From contig NC_087449.1 of NCBI RefSeq assembly GCF_036321535.1, positions 55,614,001 through 55,678,000 of the forward strand: a stretch of 64,000 bases of DNA. Direction: 5' to 3'. The notes below the pieces were generated by a model that did not search any database, had not been told where the DNA came from, and was given only the letters and a program-made list of their open reading frames with translations. This document shows, piece after piece, positions 45,610 to 58,904 of the stretch; position 1 is the first letter of the stretch; each line of letters begins with the position of its first letter. The DNA is from Camelus dromedarius. Its lineage: Eukaryota. Position numbers and translations under genes: made by a program.

Positions 45610-46590
45610 TTCAACTGCCTACTCCACATCTCTCCTTGGGTGTTCGACTGACATGTCAAACTTAACATGCCCCCCACTGAACTCCTGTTTTCCTCCAGAA
45701 TCTGCCCCTCACTCTGCTCCCCACCACAGCATATGGCAACTTCATGCCCTTACTTTCAGACCAAAATCTTGGGGATCATCCCTGAGTCCTCTCTTTTTTT
45801 CTCAGCTCCCACACCTAATCCATCAACAAACTCTGTCTACTCAGCTTTCAGCATCTGACCACTCCTCACCAGCATCCTGGTCCAAGCCATCATCATTTTC
45901 CTTGCTTAGCTAACAAATGAGCCACTCAGAAACTTATTTAGGTTGCAGCCTCATTTTAATTTTTAATCTTTATGAAAGTCTTCTGTGATGAGACATTGCA
46001 ATAACCCTTAAGTAATCTCCCAGCATCCACCCTTTCTCCCTGTGTTTGTTCTCTGCACAGTGGCTGCAGCACTTGCTCAAACCCCTCCACTGGCCAGATC
46101 CTGCAGTGCCCCAGAAGGTCCTCTGTAATCTGGGCCTGATTACTTCTCTGCCTTCATCTCCTACTGCTCTCTCCCTTGTCCACTCTGCTCCAGCAACACT
46201 GGCCTCCTTCTGAACTCCTCACACAGGCCACGTGCACTCGCCCCGGGGCCCTTGCATGGGCGGTTCCCGCTGCTGGGGATGCTCTCCTGTAGCCAGTCAC
46301 ATGGCCAGGCCCTCAAAGCCATCAAGTCTTTGCTCGAGTCGTTTAATAACTGAGGCCTTTCCTAGCCACCCTATCTAAACCTCCACCACGCCCCCCTGCC
46401 AATTTAATTTTTCTCTTTGATGCTTAGCATTATCTAGCATAATATATACTCATTTATTACCTGTCTTTCCTACTAAAATGAGTCCAATGAGAGCAGGGAT
46501 TTTATTCTGCTCTGTTCACTGTGTGTCTCCAGCACCTAGAGCCCTGCCTAGGCCACCCTGAGTGCTCAATAGATGCCCGTGGAATGAACA
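45610..46590 (+). mobile_element. L2a-like 3' kilobase
   Basis: CAAACTTAACATGCCC...CAGACCAAAATCTTGGGGATCATCCCTGA...GAGAGCAGGGATTTT...GTGCTCAATAGATG. Confidence 0.8.
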
Positions 46591-46779
46591 ATTGTAGGAG
46601 GCCAGTGCTGTGAGGGGGCATGGCAGGGGACCAGGCCTGCCCAGGAAGCCTCGGGCATTACCTTTGTTCTTTGGCTCCTTCGTTTGCCCCTTTCACTCAG
46701 GCACTCAGTAGGAGCATAGGGCTCTATGGAGGGTTAAGACACAAACACACAAACACATACAAATACAGTGTAGCTGCAC

Positions 46780-47075
46780 TTCCATGAGAAGCCTAGCCGA
46801 GTTCGGAGACAGGGAGCAGAACGGTGGTTTCCAGGAGGACGGGGGGATGGGAGTGATGCTAACAGCAACGGGGCTTCTTTCAGGGGTGATGAAAATGTTC
46901 AATGGGTGCAGGGTTTCCATATGCAATGATGAGAGAGTTCTGGAGATGGACAGCGGTGATGGCTGCACAACTACGTGAATGTAGTTAATGCCACTGAACT
47001 TTACACTTAAAAATGGCTAAAATGGTAAATTTTATGTCATGTATATTTTGCCACAAAAATATTAAAAAAAAAAAA
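46780..47075 (+). mobile_element. L1MB/L1MC-like 3' end with A-tail
   Basis: GTTCTGGAGATGGACAGCGGTGATGGCTGCACAAC...GCCACTGAACTTTACACTTAAAAATGGCTAAAATGGTAAATTTTATG followed by A-rich tail. Confidence 0.88.
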
Positions 47076-48240
47076 GACATGAACACATATTACCACATGC
47101 TCGATATTGTGGGTCATACAAGGTGTCAGAAAAGTCCAGGGGAAGACACTTTTGGCTGGGGTGACTTTCTGGAGTGGGAGACATTTGGACTGGGCTGCGA
47201 TGGATGGGGAGAAGCTGGGCAGAAACGGCGAGCAGAGTGGACGACAGGGACCGCTTGGGCCAAGGCCTGGAGGTAGGTTTGGCCCTGAGTATGTACGCTT
47301 GTTGGGGTACACAGGGCCCAATGCTGGGAAACTGAAACCCTGCCCCAAGGCAGCCTGGGTGTCAGCCCTCAGGAAGGCTTGTGGGGAAGCTTCTGACCAG
47401 GGGATAGGGGGCAGCTGTGGAGCCCAGGGGATCCTGTCTCTTCAGGCCTCCTGAGTGGTGGGTTGAGGAAGGCCCCCATATGCCCGGGGTTCTGGTCTCG
47501 ATTGCCCAGCCAGCCAGCCAGGCCTGGAAGACACAGGGCATAGAAGCACCAGCCTTCAAGCCTCTCCTCTCTGCTGGTCAGGGCTGGGCTCCTAGCACGG
47601 ACGCCCTCTTCCTGCTACCCTATGCCACCAGAGTCCAGATATGAAGCACAGCCTCCTCCTGCACCAGCTGGCCTTCCTGAGGTCAGGCCCAGCGGAGCTA
47701 GCAATAACCATTTACTGAGGCCCTTCTCTGCCTGGCACATAAGGGCCTTCATGGGTATTATGTTATAATCCTAAGAAGCAGGCAAGGACTATTATCCTCC
47801 CCATTTCATAGATAAAGAAAATAAGGCCCAGAGAGGTTAAGAGGTTTGCCCAAAGCCAGAGCGCTGGGCAGTGGCAGGGGTGACATTAGACCGTCTGACT
47901 CCCCAGCCCTGACTCTCAGCCCTTGGGCTGCCCCGGGCTCTAGGCTTGTTTCAGGGCTCCCAGGGACGGCAGAGACACTGTCCTCATGCCCCTCCCTCCT
48001 CCTGGGGCAGCTCTTCCCCACAAGTTCCAGGAAGCTGCCCTCTTCCAGGCCTAGATGCTTTGGTCACATGTCACCTGTCCCTGCCAGCTCCTCCAGCTGT
48101 GCCAGGTGGGCCCCGAGGCCCCAGCCCCTACTGAGGTGAGGGAGGCAGGGCCGCACCAGACGGAAGCTGCCTCAGGAGGCTCTCTGGTACAGCTCTCAGC
48201 ACTTGTGCTGGCATCTCAGCATCTCGGCCGTGCTCCCCTC

Positions 48241-48304
48241 CCACCCGAGAGCGAGAGCAGGGTGACAAGGTACCACCCGAGAGCGAGAGTAGGGTGACAA
48301 GGTA
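48241..48304. repeat. 32-bp tandem duplication (2 copies, 1 mismatch)
   Basis: CCACCCGAGAGCGAGAG(C/T)AGGGTGACAAGGTA at 48241-48272 and 48273-48304. Confidence 0.95.
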
Positions 48305-48984
48305 CCACTGGGTGTTGTGCCTGCAGCACAGAAGCCCATCAGGGCCTCCCCGTGCACTTGCCATGCGGCAGCCCTGTGCCGGGCTCAGTCCTCACGACAC
48401 TGTGGGGGCAGCACCATTACAGACGAGGAACCAGAGGCTCAGAGATCCGTCACACACATCAGCATGAAAGTAGCAGGGTCAGGCCCAGAATCCTGATTTC
48501 TCTGCTACCTGTGCTACATACGGAATCACAGAATACTGGAGAGGGTTCTTAGGGGTTATCTAATTCACTCGCCCAGGTGGGGCGGGAGAGACCTGTCCAA
48601 GGTCACACAGCTCATGTGCGACAATGAATTTAGTATTCCCATGACTCCCATTATAAATGTGCCAGCAGGTTACCACAAATCTTGTCATTTCCAAGATAAA
48701 CAAAACTTGCATTTAAGGTTGTGGCAGGATTTTTAAAAATGTGTTTAATTGAGGCAAGTGCCTTCTACTACAATAGTTGTCAGAAAGCCACAGACACACG
48801 AAGGTGAGCCTGCCTGCCTTCTACGTGGACAGCGGCTGGTGCCCTGGCTGCACACTCAGTGTCATGTCTTCTCAAGGACAGGGAAGGCACAGGGCTTCCG
48901 GCTGCCCCTGTGGCACCTTCGAATTTCAGTTTCGCTCTGGTCTGGAGCTGAACAGAAACAGGAGCAAGAATTGGGCCTTTTGGC

Positions 48985-49123
48985 ATAGGGAACTATATTC
49001 AGTATCTTATAATAATGTATAATGATAAAGAATATAAAAAAAAAAGTGTAACTGAATCAATATGCTGTACACCAGAAACTAACACAACACTGTAAATCAA
49101 CTGTACTTCAATTAAAGAAAAAA
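48985..49123 (+). mobile_element. Truncated L1 3' tail of cetartiodactyl type (L1_Art-like)
   Basis: GGGAACTATATTCAGTATCTT...TATGCTGTACACCAGAAACTAACACAACACTGTAAATCAACTGTACTTCAATTAAAG. Confidence 0.75.
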
Positions 49124-49564
49124 GGAACTGGGAATTTTGTATTTGCACCAGTGTGATTCTTCCAGCAAAAGATCACCCAGCTTGGACAAGTTTCTCAACC
49201 CTTTAGAGAGTAAACGTACTCATCTGTAAGGTAATTATTACTCACTGAAGAGTAATTATGAGGATCAGCCACAATGGACGCGGAGCCCCCGGCACAATAA
49301 ATGGTACCAACGATGACGAGGGTGAAGATGGAGGAGGGACAGCAGTGATGGTACTAGCCGTACGAGCATAAAGCAAGGGATGGCCTTATTGAATGAAACT
49401 AAGTGTTCTGAACCTTGCAGCCAAGGTTTACCACGCAGGTGCATTTCCCTCCTGACACTGGGCATCAGCGGAAATGTTGTGGGGTTCGGAATCTGACAGA
49501 TCTGGGTTTGAATTTAAGCTCAGCCACTTCCTGTATGATGCTCATCCCTGAGCCTCCATCTAGT

Positions 49565-49740
49565 TCTGTGCCATCCAAACCGATAACCACCAGCCATGGG
49601 CAACTACTTAAATTAGCATTTAAAATTTGGCTTCTCACACTACGTTTCAGGTGCTCACAGCCACATCTGACTAGTGGCTCCCACGTGGGACAATGCGGAA
49701 TAGATCACTTCCCTCATCACAGAGTCCTGCTGGATGGAGC
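49565..49740 (-). mobile_element. MER3-family MITE
   Basis: TTTCAGGTGCTCACAGCCACATCTGACTAGTGGCT...CATCACAGAGTCCTGCTGGATGG. Confidence 0.7.
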
Positions 49741-52700
49741 TCAGCTGCGACCCGAATGTGGACGTGGTACCTGCACTTGGGACGCTGCACACACGTGGCC
49801 TGGCCAGGGCAGAGGGTGACGAGGGGAGCGCTCAGTCTGTCCCTGCTGTGAGACTCCGGCTCAGCCCTGAGTCCCCTCGCTCACCTGGTCTCCCTTGCAA
49901 AGCGGATGTGATGCTGGGTCCAGCTGCTCAGACTGCAGTTCTGCTGCTGACTTACCAGTGTGCCAGTGACGTCACCTCCTGCAACCTCAATTTCTTCATT
50001 TGTAAATTAATAACTCATGCCCCTCCAGCCTCAGGGCAATGCTGCCAGAGTTGAGCAAGTAAACGATCGTAAGTGCTCTGAAATGTGGGGACCACAGAGT
50101 TACAGGGACAGCAGAGTGACGGGGGAAAGCCTACATCCGGTGTCAAAAGCAGACTGCAATTCCCCCTCTCCTTAGCTGAAGATCCCTAAGTCCTCAGAGG
50201 AGGCTGCATCCAAACTCCTTCACTGTAAAAGGGTAACAATGAAGATACTTGCTCTAAACTCTCATGTTACTGTGAGGATCAACGATGCATATGGAAGTGA
50301 TCTAAAAGTAGCAGAGTGCTGCTCCAGAGTGAGGCATCATGGGAGTGCTGCTCTGTCCAAAACGAGGGAGGCCAAGTTGAGCCAAGCACAGGCCACCTCC
50401 TCTCCTTTCTGTGCTCTGCCTGCCTAAGAGCCTTGCTCCCACCAGGTCAGGCCTCTCCTGCTCCAAGCCAAGGGATGAGGTTGGGGCAGAAACGGGGTCA
50501 CCAAATGGGTCAAGACAACCTGTTCTGATGCCAGAACAAGACACCAAACCCACTGGGGCCACACAGCCAGGACCTTAGGGCACTGTCACTTCCAGGAAGT
50601 GCTTCTGTGACATGCCCCCTGGGCTGTAGGATCTGGCTCTAGGTGGCTCCTCAGTGCAGCAGAGAGCAGCATGAGGAGCATGGCCCCCAGCATCCAGACC
50701 CCAGCCCTGCTGCTTTGCTGCTCACGAAGTCATACAGCAGGTGTTCCCTGGACGCCAGGGAAATGAGGGCTAGAGAGACGGCTAAGACCGGGCGGGCCAT
50801 CACCTATACCAGAATCTTATATGCATCACTTTTAATCTCCACAATTACCCTAAGAGTTTTTATTACCTCCTTTAGAGACAAAAAACAAAATCAAGGTAAA
50901 GAAAGTTAACATGCCCCAAACACACACCTAACAAGGGACAGAGCAGGGGTTTGAACACAGATCTGAGTAACTCTAAAGCCGGGCTCTCAACCATTACATT
51001 TTATATTGTCTCCTGATCTGATACTCTCCAATAAAATTGCTGTTATTCTAGAAAACGTCTTTTCCTTCAGGAGCCCAGGATAAGGGGAGATGGGGAAGTT
51101 GGAGAGGCCACCATGCTTCCCAGAGCTGCACGGGTGGGGGACCACCCTTGCACACCCGTGTCAGGTGCCACGCTGGGCTCAGCTGCCCCACGGGTGCTCA
51201 GGCAGGACCTGTGGCTGTCCTCTGCATGCTAAGGAAGAGCCCAGATTGAGCTGACAAGGGTCGACCAAGGACAGGTGAAACTGTGAGGGCCATCATGGGT
51301 CCCCAAAAGTGACAGTTCCTAGGCCACAATCTAGTACCCAAAACAGGCAAAGGACACAACTCTTGCTGCTACTGGACACATTTCCAGCTGATAAAAGCAG
51401 GGTTTTAGGCCTGGCTGTCTGTCTCAGGCAGGATGGACAGAGGAGAAGAGAAAGGTGAGAGAAGGTCTGTGACAACAGTCCAGGGGGCACAGACCAGGCG
51501 GCTTAGGGACTGGGAAGTATGGCTGACCAGGTCGCCCCTTCTGGCTAACTGGGTTATTAAATGCTTGAATGTGGCTTGGGGTTTAAGAGCCAACTCTGGA
51601 GTCAGGCAGCCGGGGATGTCACCCAGCTGTGCTGCTCACTGGCCACGGGACTCGTCAAGTGGCTCCTCCGGGGTAGGTCTCCTTGCCTGTGACTTGGGGT
51701 GACAGCACCTACATCAAGGTGTTGGTGAAGTAAGAATTACATAAAACTCTTCGACCGGTGTCCAACATGTGGTAAGCACTTAATAACACTGGTTATTAAT
51801 TATGAGGCTACTTCTTAAAAACATTAACCCCCGCCAACCCCACGAAAAAGACAAAAATAAAAAAAAATAGCATTTGTAGGTATTTAGGTCTTGTGTTTGG
51901 ACTGGCAGGATGTTGGTACCCGTTTCTCATATGTAATCCTTGCTTGGCCAACCGGGCTAACAGTCCCCGAGGAGCAGGCATCACACACTATTTTAGACTG
52001 AGATGGCCCCAACCTCTACAGCATCGCATGGAACAAAGCATCATTAGGACCTCGGAAACTCCAGAACTTCTGGTCTAAAAGACACCTGATGTGCCAGGCT
52101 AACTGTGTGTGTGTGTGTGAGCGCAAACAAGAAGGATAACACACAGTTCTTGTCCTTGAAAGGGTCACAGTTTAGTGAGGGAGGATCTTAAGTCATCCTG
52201 TGACAATCTAATAATCCCATGCTCCCAAACCCGCACGCGCTCTCACCTGACATCTCGCTCACCCCCACAGTCATGCCTGCATGCACACTTCGCTTCAGTT
52301 CCCTGGCTCACAGGCAGCTCTAGCCCTGGCCTCTCTGGAAATGCTGGCTCTGGTCTGGACCCTGTGTGGAGCACAGAGGTTTCAACCTTAAATGGAGTGA
52401 AAAGCTGTTCGGTCCTGTGCCAGCCCCATGGGCCCCTTTCCCCACCCTACCCCCCGCCCATTTTTATCAGACCCTCCTGATGGCGGGTCTATGAAATCTC
52501 CCCTGGAGGGGACCATGGGTCCCTGGACTGACCTTGTCCTGATGTGTTTGATCAGCTGTTTCTGGCCTGCGCTGGGGGAACCAGTGCAAGAGGAGCCGGC
52601 AGGAGTGGTGTTTGATCAGAGCAGCTGGGGAGCTCTGGGCCGGGCTAGCTGCAGTTAGCCTTCTGCTAATCTCTCCTCGGAGGACAAAGAAAGGAGGATG

Positions 52701-54884
52701 TTCTGACAGCCCAGCCCATAGGTAACTTGGGGAAGGCTCGCTGGCGGGGTCGGGGGAGGTGGAAGATGGGTTCAGCCCCAGCCGCATGAGGGTCCACACG
52801 AGGGGCACTGCTGGCTCCCGGCCGAGCAACAGCATCTCCTGAGCACCTGACCTCAGTGTCTGGTGCCAAGTCTGGGGAGGAGATAACAAGCGTCTCAGTG
52901 AACATGGGCCCTACGCTCTGGCAGCCCTGTGTGACAGGACAGAAGAAAGGACACAAAAAGCCTGGAGGACACTCACAAGATGAGCTCGGCCTCTATGCTC
53001 ATGTCCTAGATCCTCTCTTCTCAGTGGAACCTGGAGCCCTGGGGTGTTTCCCAACAAAGGGAGGAGACTCCTGGTCTAGGACAAGTCCATGTGGAGCCAT
53101 AGGTACTTCTCTTTTTTCACCAAACACACACCCAAGTACAAGCTCTTGGAGGGTGAGATAAACCATGAATAACACGAAAGCTCCAGAGGCAGGGTGGGAA
53201 GGCGGGAAGTCGCCACATACTCAGTGTTTCTGTCTCCCTCGCTCTCACTGGATGTGCTCCCACCTGACACCCGGTCTGTGCTGTTGCTCAGACACAACCC
53301 CTCGGCTGTGTTGCCGAGGAACCAACTCTGAGAGTCTGGGATCCAACCCGGGAGGTCGGTCCCTTTGCTGTCACTGTTCACCCTGGTCTGGGGCAGAGGC
53401 TTGGGTTCACTGTATGAGCTCCATCTTACCTCGGTCAGGGGCTCCCCTGCCCTCCACTCCAGACCCTCTATCTCAGATACATCAGGCATCCTCCTTTCCT
53501 GCCCACATCTGCCCTCTCCCCCAGGTTCTTTTAAAGTATAAGAAACATTAACAGGCACCATTTACAAAGCATTCATAGTCTGTTAGACATGTCACTAATG
53601 TTGACTTTCCTCCTCATAGTCATTGTTAGGAATGACAGCCCAAGATCACAGTCCACTCAGAGGTGGGGCTGGGAAGCTCCCGAGTCCATGGCCTTTCCAC
53701 TGTGCTGCTCTGCCTCTTGCAGAACCCTGCCCAGGCCCCCGGCCTGAGATAACTACACCACCAGGGAATCACTCGGCCCATTTGCTACTCTGCTCAACCA
53801 CTCCTGACCCGGAGCAGCACTTCACCTCTGTGCACATTCACCTTCATGGCTGGAGCCCAGCCGCATGTTAGAATTACCCCTTGCAGCTGCCTGGGACTCT
53901 CAGGATTACTGTCCCAGATATGACAGACAACTCTAGCTTCTCTCTCCAAAGGCACTGCTTCAAAAGACCCTGTGGGCTCCGGGCAGAGGTCAATTCGTGC
54001 TACTCCAGGACTGTCCCAGGTGAAGTGAGCGCAGAACCACCTCCACCCCTGCTTTCCCAACCTCAGGGCAGACCTGAGCTTAGGGGGCTGCAGGGTATGA
54101 TGATCCTCCCACCCCCGCCGCCTCACACGCGGGACTCTCATTGCAGAAATTATGTACATCCTATCCGTGTGTCTGCCTCTCTTGTTTCCTTGTTGGCTGC
54201 CAGCAACATGACATTTTCAGCTGTTTACCACGAAAGGTTTCTCCTTATTTTATAGTTATCTACTCAGCACTTTGTGCTCTGGGGGCAGCTGAGATTCAGG
54301 AGATAAATGAAAAGTGGTCAGTGTTATAAAGATCCCTATGGTTTCAGAGAGAGGGAGGAAGAGGAGAGACAAGTAAAGGCACAGGAATGAACACTCTCCC
54401 CAGTACTAGACAGTGCAGGGAATGGCTGACCTGTATATGAAGGGCTTTATTGATAACAACTAAAATGTTCAACACCAGATTCATTAAATCCAGGCTTTTA
54501 GTTAGTACCACAATTGTGTGTGGTAAATACAATAATTTCGTCTATTTGTGGATGGGAGCTGGGAGGAAGGCACTCAGAGAGGGTAAGTATCTCACCAAGG
54601 TCACACAGTCACAAAGTGGCATAGCTGGGATGTACCCGGGTTGGACACCAAGGACTGTCTCTGAAAACCTGCAGCACATTCGTTGCCTGGGAACGAGGGT
54701 TTAGAAAATGAGACTTCACATGACAGGAGAGCTTTTTGTCCTCCCCAGGCCATGCTAGTATGGCCCAAGGGTATACAGTAGCCCCTAGGAAATCAGGCCT
54801 CTCAAGCCTGGTCCCATCCGACAGCTGCCCAGAACCAAAGAGAAAACAGTCTATGTCATCAGTCCATTTGAAACTCATGTAGCA

Positions 54885-57800
54885 CTAGTTTTTGCAAAGT
54901 ACATATTTTATTTATACAGAGTAGTGCAAGTTGAACATGAAGAATGGTCTGTAGTCCAGTTTACACAGCACCGTGTGCTGGCTAGCTGCCCTGACCATGG
55001 GTGGCAGCAGGTGTGGCTGGCCTTTGTTAAGGGAAACGATAAAACATTTCTACCATCTGGAAGCATCTAAATTAGCTTTATGGATAATCCGCCCTCCCCT
55101 CCAATGTAATCCCCATAGCACAGCAGCTTCCCCATCTCACAGGCTGAGTCATAGGAGCAGCAAGTGCCTGAGATCTGGCTGTGCTTCTGAGCTCCTGGCC
55201 CAAGTGCCACCAGCTCCAAGGCTTTCCATGGCACCAAAACACTCCCTTCAACTGCAAATCTTTCTTTCACTCCCTTTGTCTCCCCACCTCCCAAGTAAGC
55301 CTGCAATGCACTGGGCCAAGTGCAGCAGGGCTGGGGCTGCTGAATTCTACCTTTGGGAGCATTATTTTCTCCATCGTCCAACTTTCTTGTCCCAATTTAA
55401 CAGAAATATTGCTTGTCCCCTAGAACCATTCTATGTAAGGCTGGCAGTTCCTCCATCCCTTGGTCAGTTCACAGATCTCAGGCACATGAAATGTAAAGGC
55501 ACCCCCTACCCCCCCACACACACATCAGTAAGTCATCAGCCTATGGGGACCACAATGTCTCCTGGGCTGAGGGAAACTCTTCGGGCCCATCACATCCTTC
55601 TCCACAATTTAGACCCTGAGCAGAGAACAGAGTCCTCGTCCCTCCAATCACACTTGTTGGACTGGGTCTGTTTCATCCTCAGCCCCTGACTACCAGGGCT
55701 CCTTCCCGGGGGCATGGGGCTGACGTGCGTTCCTAGGATGTGGGAGGGGAGACTCAGAGGGGACCTGAACGACCAGGGGAGCCGAGTATTCACACTGCAG
55801 ACCGTGGTACTCCCTGGGTTCAGTGTTTTCCAAACATAAAGCTTCTGAAACAGAAGAGTAAGGCTTTATAAAATAAATGAGTAAAGACCCTTGTCTCTGC
55901 CCCTTTGCCGCCCATCTAGTTCCAGGTGTTCTGCTCACATCCTTGGACAGCCCTGTCCTCCCACGGCAATCCTTGCTGTTGAGTCATCTGTTTGCTGTCT
56001 GTCTGACTTACCTGGGATGGGCAAATGCTGTTTCATAAGTGGTCTCTATTATTCTCATGGAATGAAACTCCAGCTTGGAATCTGCCTGCCTTTTCCTCCT
56101 CACCAGCTGCTTCATAAGCTCTGGGGCAGAGAAGGATTGGGGCCCCACTGAACAAGTCCAGCTGTTACAAGAAGCCCACAGACTCCTCCACGCCACTGCA
56201 AGTGCCCCCGGGTTCAGTCCTGAGGCCAGAATGGCAGCACCCATGGCAATGAGGCAAAGAGACCACCACTGCCACATGAAAGCAAGCGACACGGATAAGG
56301 GGACCATGATAAACAATGCCCTCTGTGGCAGCAGTTCAGGTCTCTTGGGCAGAAGTGGGAGAAAAGAATAAAATGACCAAGTGGAGCTAGAAAAAGTCCT
56401 TCTACAATAAAAACCAGGTGTGGGCATCTCTAGGGAGCGACACTGTGAAATCATGGCCAGTGCGGCATCTTGCAGAGGTCCGCTGGGAGCAAAGCTAAAC
56501 TCAGGACAGACCTCTCCCTCACTGTGGACTAGACCCAGCCCAGGGCTTGTGCCTCCCGCCGGCTGTGCCCGGGGGGAGGGGGGAGAGCGTAGCTGGCAGC
56601 CGCCCCCTCTCTGTGCTCTCGGCAAAGCGACTTGTGAGTCTGGTGACTGTGAAGAAAACGAGTGTCCCGCCACAATCTGGGTCTCCGTGGGAAACCTGAG
56701 AAGGGTTTCTCAGTACTTGAAAGAATCTGAAAGTTGGGTTTAAAGCTTATAGACTTCTTTATTCAGAAGACTCTTGAAAAAGAAAAATCACTTTCCCCCA
56801 TAGGACCTCAGCAACTAATTCTTAAGTGTATTTTGTTTCTTGGCGGAAGAAGCTCTGACGGCGCTGCGATTCCCAGCCACCCATGGCCTGTGTGGAGCTG
56901 CACCCTCACCTGCTGGGCTTGGCCTCCACGCCCTGCGAGCATGGCCACGCCACCCTCCTTCTGTGGGTCTTATCTGGTGCCAAGGGGAGATTCAGTGCCA
57001 CTGCATCACTTGCAGATCAGCAGCTCTCCTGGTCTGACAGCTCCCAGGACTGAAGAATCGTAAGACAGAGACAGCCTTGGCAGAAGCAGTGAGGGCCTCA
57101 CAGGGAGGCGAAGTCTTAAAGGTTTGAGCACCATCTTCTGGTCAGTTATTGGCTTTTGAGGCCAATTTGCCTCTGAAAACTTCATTTATTTCGAATGGGA
57201 AGAGCCCTGAGCTGACAAGCTCTAGTGATGTGCGTATCAGAACAAGCACACTACTGGAGCAGGAGCAGCTGCTGGGAGAGCTGGCCTGCTGCCTACAGGA
57301 AGCAGGAGGGCCAGCCAGAGGACATACTGCCAGAGTCAAGGATCCACCCCCCCAACTTCCAGCAGAGTGTGGTGGTAATAAAAATACCGACCACGACCCA
57401 GATCAACTCCCTCCCCTGCTTGGACCTGGTGATGTGAGGTGTGCTTGGAAAGAAGGGGTGGGCTTGTCTTCTGCCAGCCTGTATTCTGAGGGTGACTGGT
57501 CAAACGGGCATTGCGCTCTGTAGGGGTCAACCATACAATGTGGCAGGGAGCTGTGCTTGGTGTGTGAACACTGCACTAGCAGACTTCAACCTTCTGGCAT
57601 CAAGGAAAGGAAGATAAATGCTAGTCATTCCCTCCGAACGGCGGGAACCTACATCCCTCTAATTGCACTTCATAATGGATTCCATAAACCATTAATTATC
57701 AGATTATATTTTAGGAACTGAAGATAAAAAAGCTTTGTGAAATTCAGACTCCAGAGGATCACTGACCTGCAGTAACAGCGGAGCCTGGAAGAGCTCAGAC

Positions 57801-58709
57801 AGCAGGCCACTCACAAGGCATGGAAGATCGCGGCAGGAGAAGAGCCAGGGGCCATCACGGGCGCCCCCCTCCCCACTCCAGCCGGCGCTGGTTCACTGGC
57901 TATGTTACATGTATTACATGCGCCAGAGGGAGGAGGCGAGGCCTCCAGGCTGGGTAGAAGTTTCAGGCTTTGATTAGGGACCGGGGATGAGGACAACATG
58001 GAAAAGCTGTGGGAACCAGCCTCAGGTGCAGAACACCATGAGGAATTTCCTGGAAAGGCAGAGATGGTTTGCAGCTAGATGGCCTCACACTGAACACTTT
58101 CAGCAGGAATACTCCAAAGGCTTCGCTGTGGGAAGGGGACTCAGCATGTAGATGAAGCCCTCCTGTGCTAACATGCTGCCACTTGTCCTACTGCCAACAT
58201 GGGGGGCGGGTGCTGGAAGGATGATAGAAGTGAGGAAAGGCCAAGTGTGCTCAAGCCTGGGGGTCCCAGGATGGTCTGTCGGTGCTTTTCTCTCATTTTA
58301 AAAAATGGCCAGAAGGCACCAGCAGCGTCTGCAGCCTCGCTCTGTGGCCACGGTCTGCACCCTGAGGGCTGCCGGCAGCTCACACCTCTCTGGTTACTCT
58401 GGTCACCAGCTCCTATCCTTTTGCTCTTTCAGACCCTATTTCAGAGGCTACACTCCACTTGGAGATGGACAGTCAGAGGCCGCAGCAGCTGGCCTGTGGG
58501 GAATAGATCTGCCTGCTTTGGAGGGCAGTAGTGTTGATGTTGATGCAGATGTGGGTTTTATAACAATGATGCTTCTGTTTTCCAAGTGAGACCATTCTGG
58601 TTGGTGCTAGGCTGAGATGCTCAGGTTAGCCAGGGAGGAAGGGTGAAGGGCAAGCTGTGGAGCTGTTCTCTCTGCTGCAAACACAGGACCCTCCACAATG
58701 AGCAGCCAC
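54885..58709 (-). other. ZBTB40: ZBTB40 3' UTR (about 3.8 kb, 3' end approximate)
   Basis: Runs from the stop codon to the AATAAA at 54912-54907. Few recognisable repeats, unlike the flanking intergenic DNA. Confidence 0.65.
54907..54912 (-). terminator. ZBTB40: Candidate ZBTB40 polyadenylation signal (AATAAA)
   Basis: Minus strand reads TGTATAAATAAAATATGTAC: UGUA immediately upstream and a U/GU-rich tract (GACTGTTTTCTCTTTGGTT) downstream. Confidence 0.65.
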
Positions 58710-58904
58710 TCACTTGGCCTCCCCGCAGATAAGGGTCACCGTACCGTCCAGCAAGTCCTCCACGGTCACCGCCACCAGCTCAGAGCTGGTCTGAGATGTC
58801 TGTGAATCTGGCAATGTCACAAACACCTGTGAACCAGCAAGCTGGGTCTCCTCCAAAGTGATCACCTGCTCCGCTGGGGCCACTGGCTCTGGGGTTTCGA
58901 TCAC
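58710..58904 (-). CDS. ZBTB40: ZBTB40 last coding exon (195 nt including TGA)
   Basis: Translates VIETPEPVAPAEQVITLEETQLAGSQVFVTLPDSQ...VEDLLDGTVTLICGEAK*, matching the ZBTB40 C-terminus as I recall it. Acceptor TTTCAG|. Confidence 0.94.
   Translation of the reverse strand: MIETPEPVAPAEQVITLEETQLAGSQVFVTLPDSQTSQTSSELVAVTVEDLLDGTVTLICGEAK

Noticed and set aside
54973-57523. Several 100-238 aa ORFs in the ZBTB40 3' UTR
   Set aside because: No domain features or codon signature that I can recognise, and they overlap in conflicting frames and strands.
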